The position numbers were made by a program, and so were the translations under genes. From a virus (Duplodnaviria > Caudoviricetes): a stretch of 64,000 nt of DNA. The DNA is taken from IMG/VR virus record IMGVR_UViG_3300033463_000011, positions 136,234 through 200,233 of that record, one strand, 5' to 3'. The notes under the pieces are model-generated. The model did no database searches. It had not been told where the DNA came from and was given only the letters and a program-made list of their open reading frames with translations. Of this stretch, positions 9,138 through 18,074 are shown one piece after another (position 1 is the first letter of the stretch; the number at the start of each line of letters is the position of its first letter).

Positions 9138-11030
9138 ATGGCAGATTCAAACCGTGGTCTGATTAATTACGCTTCCCGAGATTATAATGCAATAATGGAG
9201 GAGTTTTGGGCATTAGTTCCAAAGCTCACTAATTTGTGGAAGCCAGAAGCAGACGCAGATCCTGGAGTGGTTTTAGGTAAGATATTGGCCTCAGCTGCAG
9301 ATATGCTAGGAGTAAATGTTGATTACTTGGCCAACGAACTTTTTGCACCTTCAGTAGTTCAAAGGAAAGATGCAGAGAAAATATTTAGACTTATCGGATA
9401 TGATTTAGGCTTTTATACTGCTGCAAGAACTGAAGTAACAATAACTAATAACACTTCAGATACAATGAATCTCGATTTTGGATTCAATGGAGCAAATTTT
9501 TGCACATTAAATGCTTATACCGACATTACTAACACTTCTCGAGTTATAACATATAACATATTGCCGATGACAAATAGTTACGGTAACAATGAAAGCAGAA
9601 GTAGACGAAGTGTCCTTACGGATTATGTTGATGTGTTTGCAGAGTATGATACTGTTGCTTTAGAATCAGGTAAATCTGTAACTCGTGTAGCAATTGAAGG
9701 AGATTTAAGAAGCTATTCAATCGCTGTAGATGAGGTTGTTAAAAATAATTACATTATAACATTACCTTCTCAACACGTAGATACAACAGCTGTTTGGGTT
9801 AAGGGCAAAACATCTTCAGCAGCTACTTCATTCGATAAAACACAATGGATTCAGGTGTCTAATGTTGCAGAATTTAATACTGCAGAACCTAGATATTGCG
9901 TTACCTATGATAACTATTCTAATGCACAAATTACTATTTCTAATTATCTTAATCAGCTATCTAATTACAGTGGATATGTATTAACTATTTTCTGGATTGA
10001 TTGTTCTGGAGTAATTGGTTGCGTAGGTACTGATGTATTAGAAAATTTAGTTTTTGCTAAAACAACAAACAATCCTGAATATGCATCGGGAGAAATATTA
10101 GTATCTAATTTATCCAATACATTAGAGCTCCCACACACTTACACAGTAACTGGTAGGTCTCCAGAAACAGCAAAAGAAGCCTACTATAATAGCAGAAATT
10201 ATATCAACACTTGGGATAGTCTTGTAACACTTCCTGACTACACAAGATTCTTAAGAAGAGAAGCTGGAGTAGATTGTGGAGTAGTTATTGATTGTCAAAA
10301 AGCTGTTGAAATCAATTTAGCAATATATAAAGACGACAATTTAACAGATACACAGAAGAAGAAAATGTATATCACCAATAAGGACTTTGTACAAGGTTCA
10401 TTAAGTGATGTTGATTGGGGCAAAGTTTTGAATTTGGATTTCAATCCTTCTGACCCAACTAAATTTGTTTTCTCAACTAATTTCAAGCCCTATACAGCAA
10501 TGTGCTTTGCTATTCATAATGATTTCAAAGACGATGTGTGGGGACAAGGGCAAATTGATACCGCTCAAATTTCTAACACAACAAGTTTCGTTAGATATAG
10601 ACCTCCGCAAATGTTTATTGATAATGTAATCGCAGATTATAAGCCTTTACAAGCAATGTCTGTTGAAGTGCAATTTGGTTCTTGCAGAGTATTTGACTTC
10701 TATGTAATCGGACAAATTTACACAACAAGACCCGTAACAGAAGATATTGCTAAGATAATATTAAGCAAAGCAAAAGAAGCATTGGCGCTTCATTTTGCTC
10801 CTGCTAATTCTGCATTCAACAAGAAGCCGACCGTTATGGAAGTTGTAGATGTAATTCAAGGCTGCGATGAAAGAGTTAGATATTTTGACGCAGGTTCACC
10901 TTCAAATCCTGTAATTAAATGGCACGGTTGCGATATAGATTGCTTTAATTATATCTCGTTTGCTCGACTGAATTTTCCTGAAAATGCTACAAATGCTTTG
11001 AGGATAGCTCCCGAATGCTTAATAAAGTGA
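9138..11030 (+). CDS. Baseplate wedge protein, T4 gp6/GpJ-like
   Basis: INYASRDY..I...W....DPG N-terminus, ET......A..Y...DSLVT..DY motif typical of gp6/J baseplate proteins. Confidence 0.8.
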   Translation: MADSNRGLINYASRDYNAIMEEFWALVPKLTNLWKPEADADPGVVLGKILASAADMLGVNVDYLANELFAPSVVQRKDAEKIFRLIGYDLGFYTAARTEVTITNNTSDTMNLDFGFNGANFCTLNAYTDITNTSRVITYNILPMTNSYGNNESRSRRSVLTDYVDVFAEYDTVALESGKSVTRVAIEGDLRSYSIAVDEVVKNNYIITLPSQHVDTTAVWVKGKTSSAATSFDKTQWIQVSNVAEFNTAEPRYCVTYDNYSNAQITISNYLNQLSNYSGYVLTIFWIDCSGVIGCVGTDVLENLVFAKTTNNPEYASGEILVSNLSNTLELPHTYTVTGRSPETAKEAYYNSRNYINTWDSLVTLPDYTRFLRREAGVDCGVVIDCQKAVEINLAIYKDDNLTDTQKKKMYITNKDFVQGSLSDVDWGKVLNLDFNPSDPTKFVFSTNFKPYTAMCFAIHNDFKDDVWGQGQIDTAQISNTTSFVRYRPPQMFIDNVIADYKPLQAMSVEVQFGSCRVFDFYVIGQIYTTRPVTEDIAKIILSKAKEALALHFAPANSAFNKKPTVMEVVDVIQGCDERVRYFDAGSPSNPVIKWHGCDIDCFNYISFARLNFPENATNALRIAPECLIK

Positions 11031-11221
11031 TACGTGAAGAAGAGATTAGGGCTAGAGAATTAGCCTCTAAAGTACTTGGAGACGAAGCAGAATCTCATGG
11101 AATTTGGAGGTTCATTCGTATCAAGATAGAAGATGACCCTAAGTATTCGAATCAATTGGAGTTATTTGCAATTTTAGATAAATATTTAACCTTAGGTTAT
11201 ATTAAAGGAAAGATAAAATGA
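11027..11221 (+). CDS. Hypothetical protein
   Basis: Short ORF with GTG overlapping the upstream stop; fills the gap. Confidence 0.5.
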   Translation: MIREEEIRARELASKVLGDEAESHGIWRFIRIKIEDDPKYSNQLELFAILDKYLTLGYIKGKIK

Positions 11222-11589
11222 GGAGAAATATCATTAAGGTGTTTAATCAGATGAGTAATTTAATCAGTTTTATACAATTAAAGAACTTTAGCAAATATCT
11301 AGATTCAAATTACTGGATTCTTGCACATGAAACATTATCTCAAAATACTCTGTATATAAGGCCATTGTATATGTCCAGAGGTAAGTTATATTATAATTGT
11401 ATTGGGCAAGGTTGGTTGGATCCGGAGGCACATCCATCTGATAGGCCATTTTCTGATAAATACTTGTTAGAGCATGTTAAAAACACATATCTTATGGATA
11501 TAAAAATATTTCAGCCGCTTGATATATTTACAACCGATGAAATATTAGATTTTCTTAAAGATGTTCCTGTTACAGAAGGCGGTGTATAA
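11218..11589 (+). CDS. Divergent MKIY-family paralogue 23
   Basis: FSKYLDSNYWI and PLDIFTTDEI match the family core; leader degenerate. Confidence 0.7.
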   Translation: MRRNIIKVFNQMSNLISFIQLKNFSKYLDSNYWILAHETLSQNTLYIRPLYMSRGKLYYNCIGQGWLDPEAHPSDRPFSDKYLLEHVKNTYLMDIKIFQPLDIFTTDEILDFLKDVPVTEGGV

Positions 11590-11859
11590 ATGAAAATATA
11601 CGCAACCGGAGTTCATAATGATATACTAAACAAAATAGTTGGTAAAGAATTATGGATAGAGGGTTCTTTAGAGCCCGATGACGAACCTGTGTATACATGG
11701 ATACAGATAGCCGAAATAGATACATATGATGAGTCTTGTTATATTCATTTCGTAGATAATTGCATAATCCGCTGTTTTTGGTGCCCAATTAATAATATTT
11801 CACTCAAATTTCCATATAATATCATAACAACTGACGAATTATCTGAATTGACATTATGA
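11590..11859 (+). CDS. MKIY-leader paralogue family protein 24
   Basis: MKIYAT, GKELWI, PYNIITTDEL. Confidence 0.85.
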   Translation: MKIYATGVHNDILNKIVGKELWIEGSLEPDDEPVYTWIQIAEIDTYDESCYIHFVDNCIIRCFWCPINNISLKFPYNIITTDELSELTL

Positions 11860-12206
11860 AAATATACGCTAACAATTCAATCAAATCAATTTTAGACAAA
11901 TTTATCGGCAAAGATTTGTGGATAAGAGTTCAGTTATGCGATCATATACCATATAGCATGTATTGGATAATTATATTAGATAAATTTGAAAATCTTGACG
12001 GAACTTATTCTTATCATATAATGAAAGCACCTTCAACAGATAAAATTTTTGACGACTATTCATACAACACGCTTTCTAGAAAAATACGTAGCCGAATAGC
12101 AGAAAGAGATTCTGATTTTGTTTTTGACATTAGTTGTGATAAAATTAGATTGACTAAGCCTCTTGATGTAGCAACAACTGAAGAATTGTTTGGAGAACAA
12201 GAATGA
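11856..12206 (+). CDS. MKIY-leader paralogue family protein 25
   Basis: MKIYAN, GKDLWI, PLDVATTEEL. Confidence 0.85.
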   Translation: MKIYANNSIKSILDKFIGKDLWIRVQLCDHIPYSMYWIIILDKFENLDGTYSYHIMKAPSTDKIFDDYSYNTLSRKIRSRIAERDSDFVFDISCDKIRLTKPLDVATTEELFGEQE

Positions 12207-13270
12207 AAATTAGAGATATAGCAGTACCCGAAGTATACGAAAAGTCAGCCGATTTTAGGTTTTTCTTAAAATGGTTCGATTACGCATTATCAAAAACACA
12301 ATATGATACTGCTAATATGGTTGATTTATACGATCCATTACGGTGTCCTAAAGACTTGTTATGGATGCTTGGAGATACGATGGGCTATCAATATGACGAC
12401 CGAGATGGATTATGCGAGGCGTTTAATCGATTTGTAATGCTCTACTTTATGTCTATGATAAGATATAAGGGCAGCCAACTTGGAGTTACACTTGCTGCAG
12501 AAGTTAATCTTAAGCAAAAAGATATTAATGATTATGGTAAGGAAAATGAGATACTTTATAGCCGATTAGAAGACACATCAATTCCAAATAATTCAGTATA
12601 TGTAGAATCAAATGTCGATTCAGGATATATTAATGTAGTATATTTTACTGATGAAACACCAATTGATACTTGTATAGAGTATGTAAGGCCTTTAGGAATG
12701 TATTGTTTTCAATATGCAGGCGTTAGAATTGATTCAAACACAAAGATTTCTGTAGATGCAAGATTAGCAAAAGCAACTGATGCTACAGGAATAGTTGGAC
12801 CTACAAAGGTGGGACACTATAATCGAAACGACTACGCAAGATTGCAGAAGATGAAACATGAATCTGCTCCTGAATTATTAAACACAAGCGATACTCGCAG
12901 AATGGTTTATTCTAATAATTCTGAAATAGAAGGAGACCCTAAAGTTAACGCAGGTTACAGAGCACTTAACTCGCTGCAAATGGCTAACAATGAACACATT
13001 GTTAAGTCGTTATTTAGCAAACCTATATTCAACTTAGGCTATGGTCCGAGATTAGAAGTTGATACGATTGTAGACACTGATGTGAACGATCCTAAATTCA
13101 ATCTTAAGTATAACAGAACAACTGATTTACAATCATATGATGATTATTATCCTACTACAGAGCATCTGCCTGTGGATACTCTTGATACAAGTAAAACATC
13201 TACTCCAGTAGATCCTAAGCCTAAGGTCAATGGAATTATGACACAATTCGGTGAACAGCTAGATACGTGA
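12203..13270 (+). CDS. Baseplate protein, P2 gpI / T4 gp7-like
   Basis: YDPLRCPKDLLWMLGDTMG and R.KG motifs of gpI-like tail proteins; follows the gp6-like gene. Confidence 0.65.
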   Translation: MKIRDIAVPEVYEKSADFRFFLKWFDYALSKTQYDTANMVDLYDPLRCPKDLLWMLGDTMGYQYDDRDGLCEAFNRFVMLYFMSMIRYKGSQLGVTLAAEVNLKQKDINDYGKENEILYSRLEDTSIPNNSVYVESNVDSGYINVVYFTDETPIDTCIEYVRPLGMYCFQYAGVRIDSNTKISVDARLAKATDATGIVGPTKVGHYNRNDYARLQKMKHESAPELLNTSDTRRMVYSNNSEIEGDPKVNAGYRALNSLQMANNEHIVKSLFSKPIFNLGYGPRLEVDTIVDTDVNDPKFNLKYNRTTDLQSYDDYYPTTEHLPVDTLDTSKTSTPVDPKPKVNGIMTQFGEQLDT

Positions 13271-13282
13271 TGAGGTGATTAT

Positions 13283-13615
13283 ATGGCAGATAAATTTAGA
13301 TTAGCTCAAGGCCCTGCAGTAATAGCAACACCTGAAGAAGTAGCTAAAGAAACAGATCCCGGATATACTAGACCAAATCTTCACAGAAGAATTGATAACG
13401 ATATCGGGATAATGCCAAACGAAGACGCATATTTTCTAACATCGGAAGGTTACTATTTAACCACAGAAGATGATTATTGCATATTAGTAAGTGTTCCTGA
13501 ATCTGTTTCTTCATATCTATATCATTATGATATAACTGTAGGTGGAGTACAATCATTTAGAACATCTACTACAACAATTCACAACGAAGATGATAACTCA
13601 TCGGAGATACCATAA
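13283..13615 (+). CDS. Hypothetical (probable virion) protein
   Basis: GAGGTG RBS; FLTSEG/YLTTED repeats often seen in tail proteins. Confidence 0.65.
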   Translation: MADKFRLAQGPAVIATPEEVAKETDPGYTRPNLHRRIDNDIGIMPNEDAYFLTSEGYYLTTEDDYCILVSVPESVSSYLYHYDITVGGVQSFRTSTTTIHNEDDNSSEIP

Positions 13616-13718
13616 TCGTTATAATTAATAGAGGTCACGAATTTATAACCTTTTATTAAATTACTGGCACAATTAATAGAAAACATCATATCTACGGAGA
13701 ACGCTGGAGATAATTCAA

Positions 13719-15131
13719 ATGTCGAATAATATGAATCCACTTGACATTATTAAACGACTTGATGTGAAACAAAACGTCACTATAAGAGTTATAGATGAAC
13801 CTACTGGAAAAGTAGTTCAAGAACATATCGGACACAACGCTGCTACTAATTCTTTGCTTACAGGAATAGCACATTATCTTATGGGAGATGGAGTTCTTAA
13901 TCAAGCTAAAGACACATTATCAATGTGGATTCCACAATACATTTCATTAGGAACAATGGGGCTTACTTCTCAAGATGCAGAAGATTACCTTCCTGTAGGA
14001 TTAGGATACACTCCAGTTGCTCCTGCAAATGCAACTGAAAATGAGAAAAAGTTAAACGAAGAATTAAGATTTTCTGAATATGTAAATCAGTCTCCTGGAT
14101 TTGGCGCAGATGGATACGATGCATACACAAACAACGACAGAGAGTGGTTCGGGTTAGGTAGGCCATATTCCAGCAAACCTGCTAAAGCGGTTCAGGATTT
14201 TTATAACAAAGACGATGAATATATTCTTACATCAACTCCATTAACTGGTACAAAGGATAGCGTAATTTCATTAATCATATATCCTTATGGAGAAATTAAT
14301 CAAGATATGCATGATACATCTATTTCAAGAATAGCAGTATCTGTAGATGATTACGATATATCATTAAATGATAACAATCAGTACGAGCTGACAATATCGA
14401 CAGCTATTCCCGATGGCAGTAGAATTGCATTGATATATACAGTTGAAAGCAAAGATGCTGCTAATTGTGAGCTTATACAAGCTGATACACTCAGAAGTAA
14501 GATAACTTATAGGAATTTAATTCCGGAAGTGCAATCTGAAATTCCTAATACTTTAGACGTAATCTATTCTGCGTTTGTATCAACTGGTGCATTAAAAGAA
14601 TTCAGAGGAGATAATGATTACATTTATATAACTGAAGCAGGATTATGGTCAAAGCCATATTATAATAATAGCGGAGATAACGGACTCCTTGCCGGTTATA
14701 GAATTATGCCAACAGATGATGAAGTGTTAGAACTTGCTCTCGAAGAAACCTTTACAGGTGACGGAATTACAACTGAGTTCACACTTGAGCAGACTGCAAT
14801 TGAAATTAGCTCAGTTCAAGTTAACGGAGAATTTGTATCAGACTATAATTTAGACACTAGTACAAATAAAGTGGTGTTTGTTGAAGCACCTTCAGATTCT
14901 GCAGAAATAATAGTCATTTATGTATATAAGACAACTGATTCTTGGAAGAATATGTCAATTCCAGAAAATAGAGAAGCAGTTCAAAAAAGTATCATAAGAA
15001 TAGGAACTAATCAAGTAGCTCAAGTTATTTGGAAATTACAGCTTGGAGGACTTGAACAGCTTAATGGATTAAGGTACATTTATCCTTCTCAATATCCTAA
15101 AGAAGTTTGGAATGTTTGGAGTACATCATGA
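13719..15131 (+). CDS. Tail/baseplate structural protein
   Basis: HN, YISLGT and ITEAGL motifs of fibre-attachment proteins; FTGDG.TTEFTL...VNG...DY...F..AP beta-sandwich. Confidence 0.65.
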   Translation: MSNNMNPLDIIKRLDVKQNVTIRVIDEPTGKVVQEHIGHNAATNSLLTGIAHYLMGDGVLNQAKDTLSMWIPQYISLGTMGLTSQDAEDYLPVGLGYTPVAPANATENEKKLNEELRFSEYVNQSPGFGADGYDAYTNNDREWFGLGRPYSSKPAKAVQDFYNKDDEYILTSTPLTGTKDSVISLIIYPYGEINQDMHDTSISRIAVSVDDYDISLNDNNQYELTISTAIPDGSRIALIYTVESKDAANCELIQADTLRSKITYRNLIPEVQSEIPNTLDVIYSAFVSTGALKEFRGDNDYIYITEAGLWSKPYYNNSGDNGLLAGYRIMPTDDEVLELALEETFTGDGITTEFTLEQTAIEISSVQVNGEFVSDYNLDTSTNKVVFVEAPSDSAEIIVIYVYKTTDSWKNMSIPENREAVQKSIIRIGTNQVAQVIWKLQLGGLEQLNGLRYIYPSQYPKEVWNVWSTS

Positions 15132-15463
15132 TTATTAAGAATTTAAACATCACAGCAAGCAGTTGGTTAGGCGAATACAACGCAGATTATTCATTAGAAC
15201 AGCTAAATGAAAATATAGCGTATCCTTTGCAGGATATGGTTGAGGGATACTATAATGATATTCAAGTATTTTTCCGGCCGTATATTGTAGATGGGCATGT
15301 TGAGGTAGATTGCAGTGTACCTGATATTGATGCATTTACAATATATGCGAAAATTGACAATAGAAAAATAAAATCTTGTAAAGATTTAGAAAAATTAGTA
15401 CCCGAATTATTCTTGCAGTTTGACGACAAATATACTAAGTTAACTAGTTATGATGAGGAATAA
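15128..15463 (+). CDS. Hypothetical protein with ITAS leader
   Basis: ATGA overlap at 15128, MIIKNLNITASS. Confidence 0.7.
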   Translation: MIIKNLNITASSWLGEYNADYSLEQLNENIAYPLQDMVEGYYNDIQVFFRPYIVDGHVEVDCSVPDIDAFTIYAKIDNRKIKSCKDLEKLVPELFLQFDDKYTKLTSYDEE

Positions 15464-15517
15464 CCTTTAATCATATCGTATGAACAGGATATGATACAAG
15501 GTATTGGAGAAGATAAA

Positions 15518-15883
15518 ATGGACAACGAACTTTTATTTACACCGGCAGCTCTTCTTGACTTCTTATTACAAATAGACGAGTTAGCTAATTATGAAATCTC
15601 TGTACAAGAATCACCTAACGGAGTGCAAGTCCAGATAGGTGATTCTTCTTATGCAATTAGATTCTTAGATGCTGAACCTGTTGAAGTACCTAATGAAGTT
15701 GTAGAAGAAGTTGGCAATATAAACGAAGAAACATATCAAGAAATTGCTAATACAGATTATAATCAAGTAGATGATGAACCTGTAGAGGCAGGAATAATCA
15801 GCGAACTGATTAAAACATTAGCAGTAGGTGGCATGGTAAGATTAACAGGCAAGCTGCTTGGAAATGATATAAAGGGGAAGTAA
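15518..15883 (+). CDS. Hypothetical acidic protein
   Basis: GGAG RBS before ATG 15518; AACCTT motif upstream at 15461. Confidence 0.7.
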   Translation: MDNELLFTPAALLDFLLQIDELANYEISVQESPNGVQVQIGDSSYAIRFLDAEPVEVPNEVVEEVGNINEETYQEIANTDYNQVDDEPVEAGIISELIKTLAVGGMVRLTGKLLGNDIKGK

Positions 15884-15885
15884 TC

Positions 15886-17004
15886 ATGAAAAGAAGATTT
15901 ACAAAATATCCTTCAAACTATGTAGGTGCTGCATCTGAAACATCTGGTGCGGCTATGCGTAGAAAGAAAAGAGAAGCTGAGCAAAAAGGCACAGAAGGCG
16001 CTGAACTTTTAGCTACCGATGGAGAATGGGAGCTGTGGACTCCTCATACATTTGAAGCTTCTGTTTATTTAGCAAACAAGGGCGGTAACAAAGCAATTTG
16101 GGATACAGCATACGAAGGTGGTGGATCTCATTACTTCGATATGTATACCGAAAAGGGTCCGCTTTATATATTTATCAACAAAGCAACAGGTGAAAAATAC
16201 CAATCTCACCCCGCTACTAAGTCTTGGTTCTTTGATGCAAAAGATAGAAACTATGGTAGAGACGCACTTGAAGCATTCTGCTGCAAGCATCCAGCATTTG
16301 CAGAATTCTTTGATGTAAAATGCGACGAAGATATCGAAGGTTGCGGAGATATCAAAGCGTCTACCGGAGTAATAGCCTCTAGTTGTGATTACTTTATTGA
16401 TAACGGAGCTGGTTTAGGTACACTCGGTGAAAAATTCACATTAGGTGAACTTAAAACAGAATATTATAGATTATGTGCAGAAGATGACCCTATTTGTGCA
16501 GAATATGGTTCATTTGAAGCGTGGCTTGATGATACACTGGATTCCGGTTTACTTACATGCTATAATGATTATGATACTATTGATGCTTGTGGTCCTGTTG
16601 AATCTTGTGGAGATATCAACGCATGTGGAGATACAAGATATGCAGCAGATATGAGCAATTGTATTAATTGTAGTGACGATGCAGTATATGAACTTGCTTC
16701 GAATCTTGTACATGATTACTTTGATTCATTCATTAAAGACGCAGAAAAGAATAATTTAGGTTTTATAGTAGATGACGATATATTTGTATATGCAGTAGAC
16801 GAAGCAGTAAATACTGGTTCATTTTCAGAGTGTATTAACTTTGTAGTTGATGCAATTAACGCAGACCCCGATGATGATATTGACGGTATTGTAGATGATA
16901 TGGTAGATGAATGTGTAACTACATTATATGATATGTCCGATATTATTAAATTGTTTAAGAAATACGATAAATTCAAAGATATGCCTGATTGGTATTTTGA
17001 TTGA
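15886..17004 (+). CDS. Multi-domain putative head protein with repeated IxA/S/C motifs
   Basis: MKRRF...YVGAAS leader; internal IKAS, VIAS, IDAC, VESC, INAC, INCS; W.TA...Y...GPLY domain. Confidence 0.75.
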   Translation: MKRRFTKYPSNYVGAASETSGAAMRRKKREAEQKGTEGAELLATDGEWELWTPHTFEASVYLANKGGNKAIWDTAYEGGGSHYFDMYTEKGPLYIFINKATGEKYQSHPATKSWFFDAKDRNYGRDALEAFCCKHPAFAEFFDVKCDEDIEGCGDIKASTGVIASSCDYFIDNGAGLGTLGEKFTLGELKTEYYRLCAEDDPICAEYGSFEAWLDDTLDSGLLTCYNDYDTIDACGPVESCGDINACGDTRYAADMSNCINCSDDAVYELASNLVHDYFDSFIKDAEKNNLGFIVDDDIFVYAVDEAVNTGSFSECINFVVDAINADPDDDIDGIVDDMVDECVTTLYDMSDIIKLFKKYDKFKDMPDWYFD

Positions 17005-17178
17005 TACTATTGATTATATACAAATGATATCTTATAATATGGTTGCTAAAAGAAATTTATAAGATATCTAAATAGCTGTACTGAGGATGTTCCTCTGTAT
17101 TATATAAACACCGCCTATCTTATGAATTTCTTTTAGCATAGAATTCTATCCGGCGGTGTTTTATTTTAGGAGAACAAA

Positions 17179-17976
17179 ATGAAAAGATATGTAAGAAATA
17201 AAGTTTACGCAGGAGTCTACATAGACAATTCAGGTAAACTTAAAATTAATTCCACTAAAGATAAAATGCACAGAGATTTGATTTTGTTTAATCAAAACAC
17301 TTCTGGTAAACTTTGGGTTGGCAGCGTACCTATTATATATGGATATCAATATAATCTTAATTGTGACCAAAAGGATTATGTTAAATTTAGAAAATTAATA
17401 AAGCACCCAAATAGCATAGAACATTTAGACGAATTTATCGAGCGGGGTGTACTTCATATGGATCAATTTGTTCCATTAGATGAGTTTGACATCATAATAA
17501 GAATCAAACCTACATCCAGACCATCTATTTTAGATAACATTTTAGTTTGTTTACTAGACCATGTTAGTCATCATACAGTAACACTTGAACTAATAAAGCA
17601 AACATATGAACATGTTAAGTTTGATGCAGATCAGGCAATTAGAGATATGATAGCTGCAGGTTTTGATGAAGACTACGCGTATACACAGGTGGGCGATATG
17701 AATATTTTATTTGAAAATCTTAAAGCTAAAAATGAATTATTCCAGATGAAACGCTTTTTACCTAGAGTTCTAAGAGCAAATTTTTCAAATTACTTAAAGT
17801 TCGAGACTGAACAAGAAAAACAGCTATACATGGACTTACAGGGCAAAAATGTTCTCATATATGATGATTTTCTTACAAGTGGAGCAACATTAAAAGAAGC
17901 ATCACGCTACTTAACAGCAATAAATCCTACAAATACATTAACTTGTTTTGTATTAATTCAACAAAATAACAAATAA
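17179..17976 (+). CDS. Phosphoribosyltransferase (type I PRTase) domain protein
   Basis: VLIYDDFLTSGATL PRPP-binding loop. Confidence 0.8.
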   Translation: MKRYVRNKVYAGVYIDNSGKLKINSTKDKMHRDLILFNQNTSGKLWVGSVPIIYGYQYNLNCDQKDYVKFRKLIKHPNSIEHLDEFIERGVLHMDQFVPLDEFDIIIRIKPTSRPSILDNILVCLLDHVSHHTVTLELIKQTYEHVKFDADQAIRDMIAAGFDEDYAYTQVGDMNILFENLKAKNELFQMKRFLPRVLRANFSNYLKFETEQEKQLYMDLQGKNVLIYDDFLTSGATLKEASRYLTAINPTNTLTCFVLIQQNNK

Positions 17977-18000
17977 TCATATCTACAACTTAAATTAATG

Positions 18001-18030
18001 AGGTTAGTTGCATATAGTAACTAACCTTTT
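18001..18030 (+). terminator. Intrinsic terminator overlapping AACCTTT motif
   Basis: AGGTTAGTTGC-ATATA-GTAACTAACCT then TTT. Confidence 0.65.
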
Positions 18031-18074
18031 ATATTGATATCCATTATGATATTATATTACGGAGGCGATATTAA

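Noticed and set aside
335-12206. Diversity-generating retroelement or CRISPR-like origin for the paralogue array
   Set aside because: No reverse transcriptase in the window, no near-identical template/variable repeat pair, and no constant nucleotide repeats with spacers; similarity is mainly at the protein level
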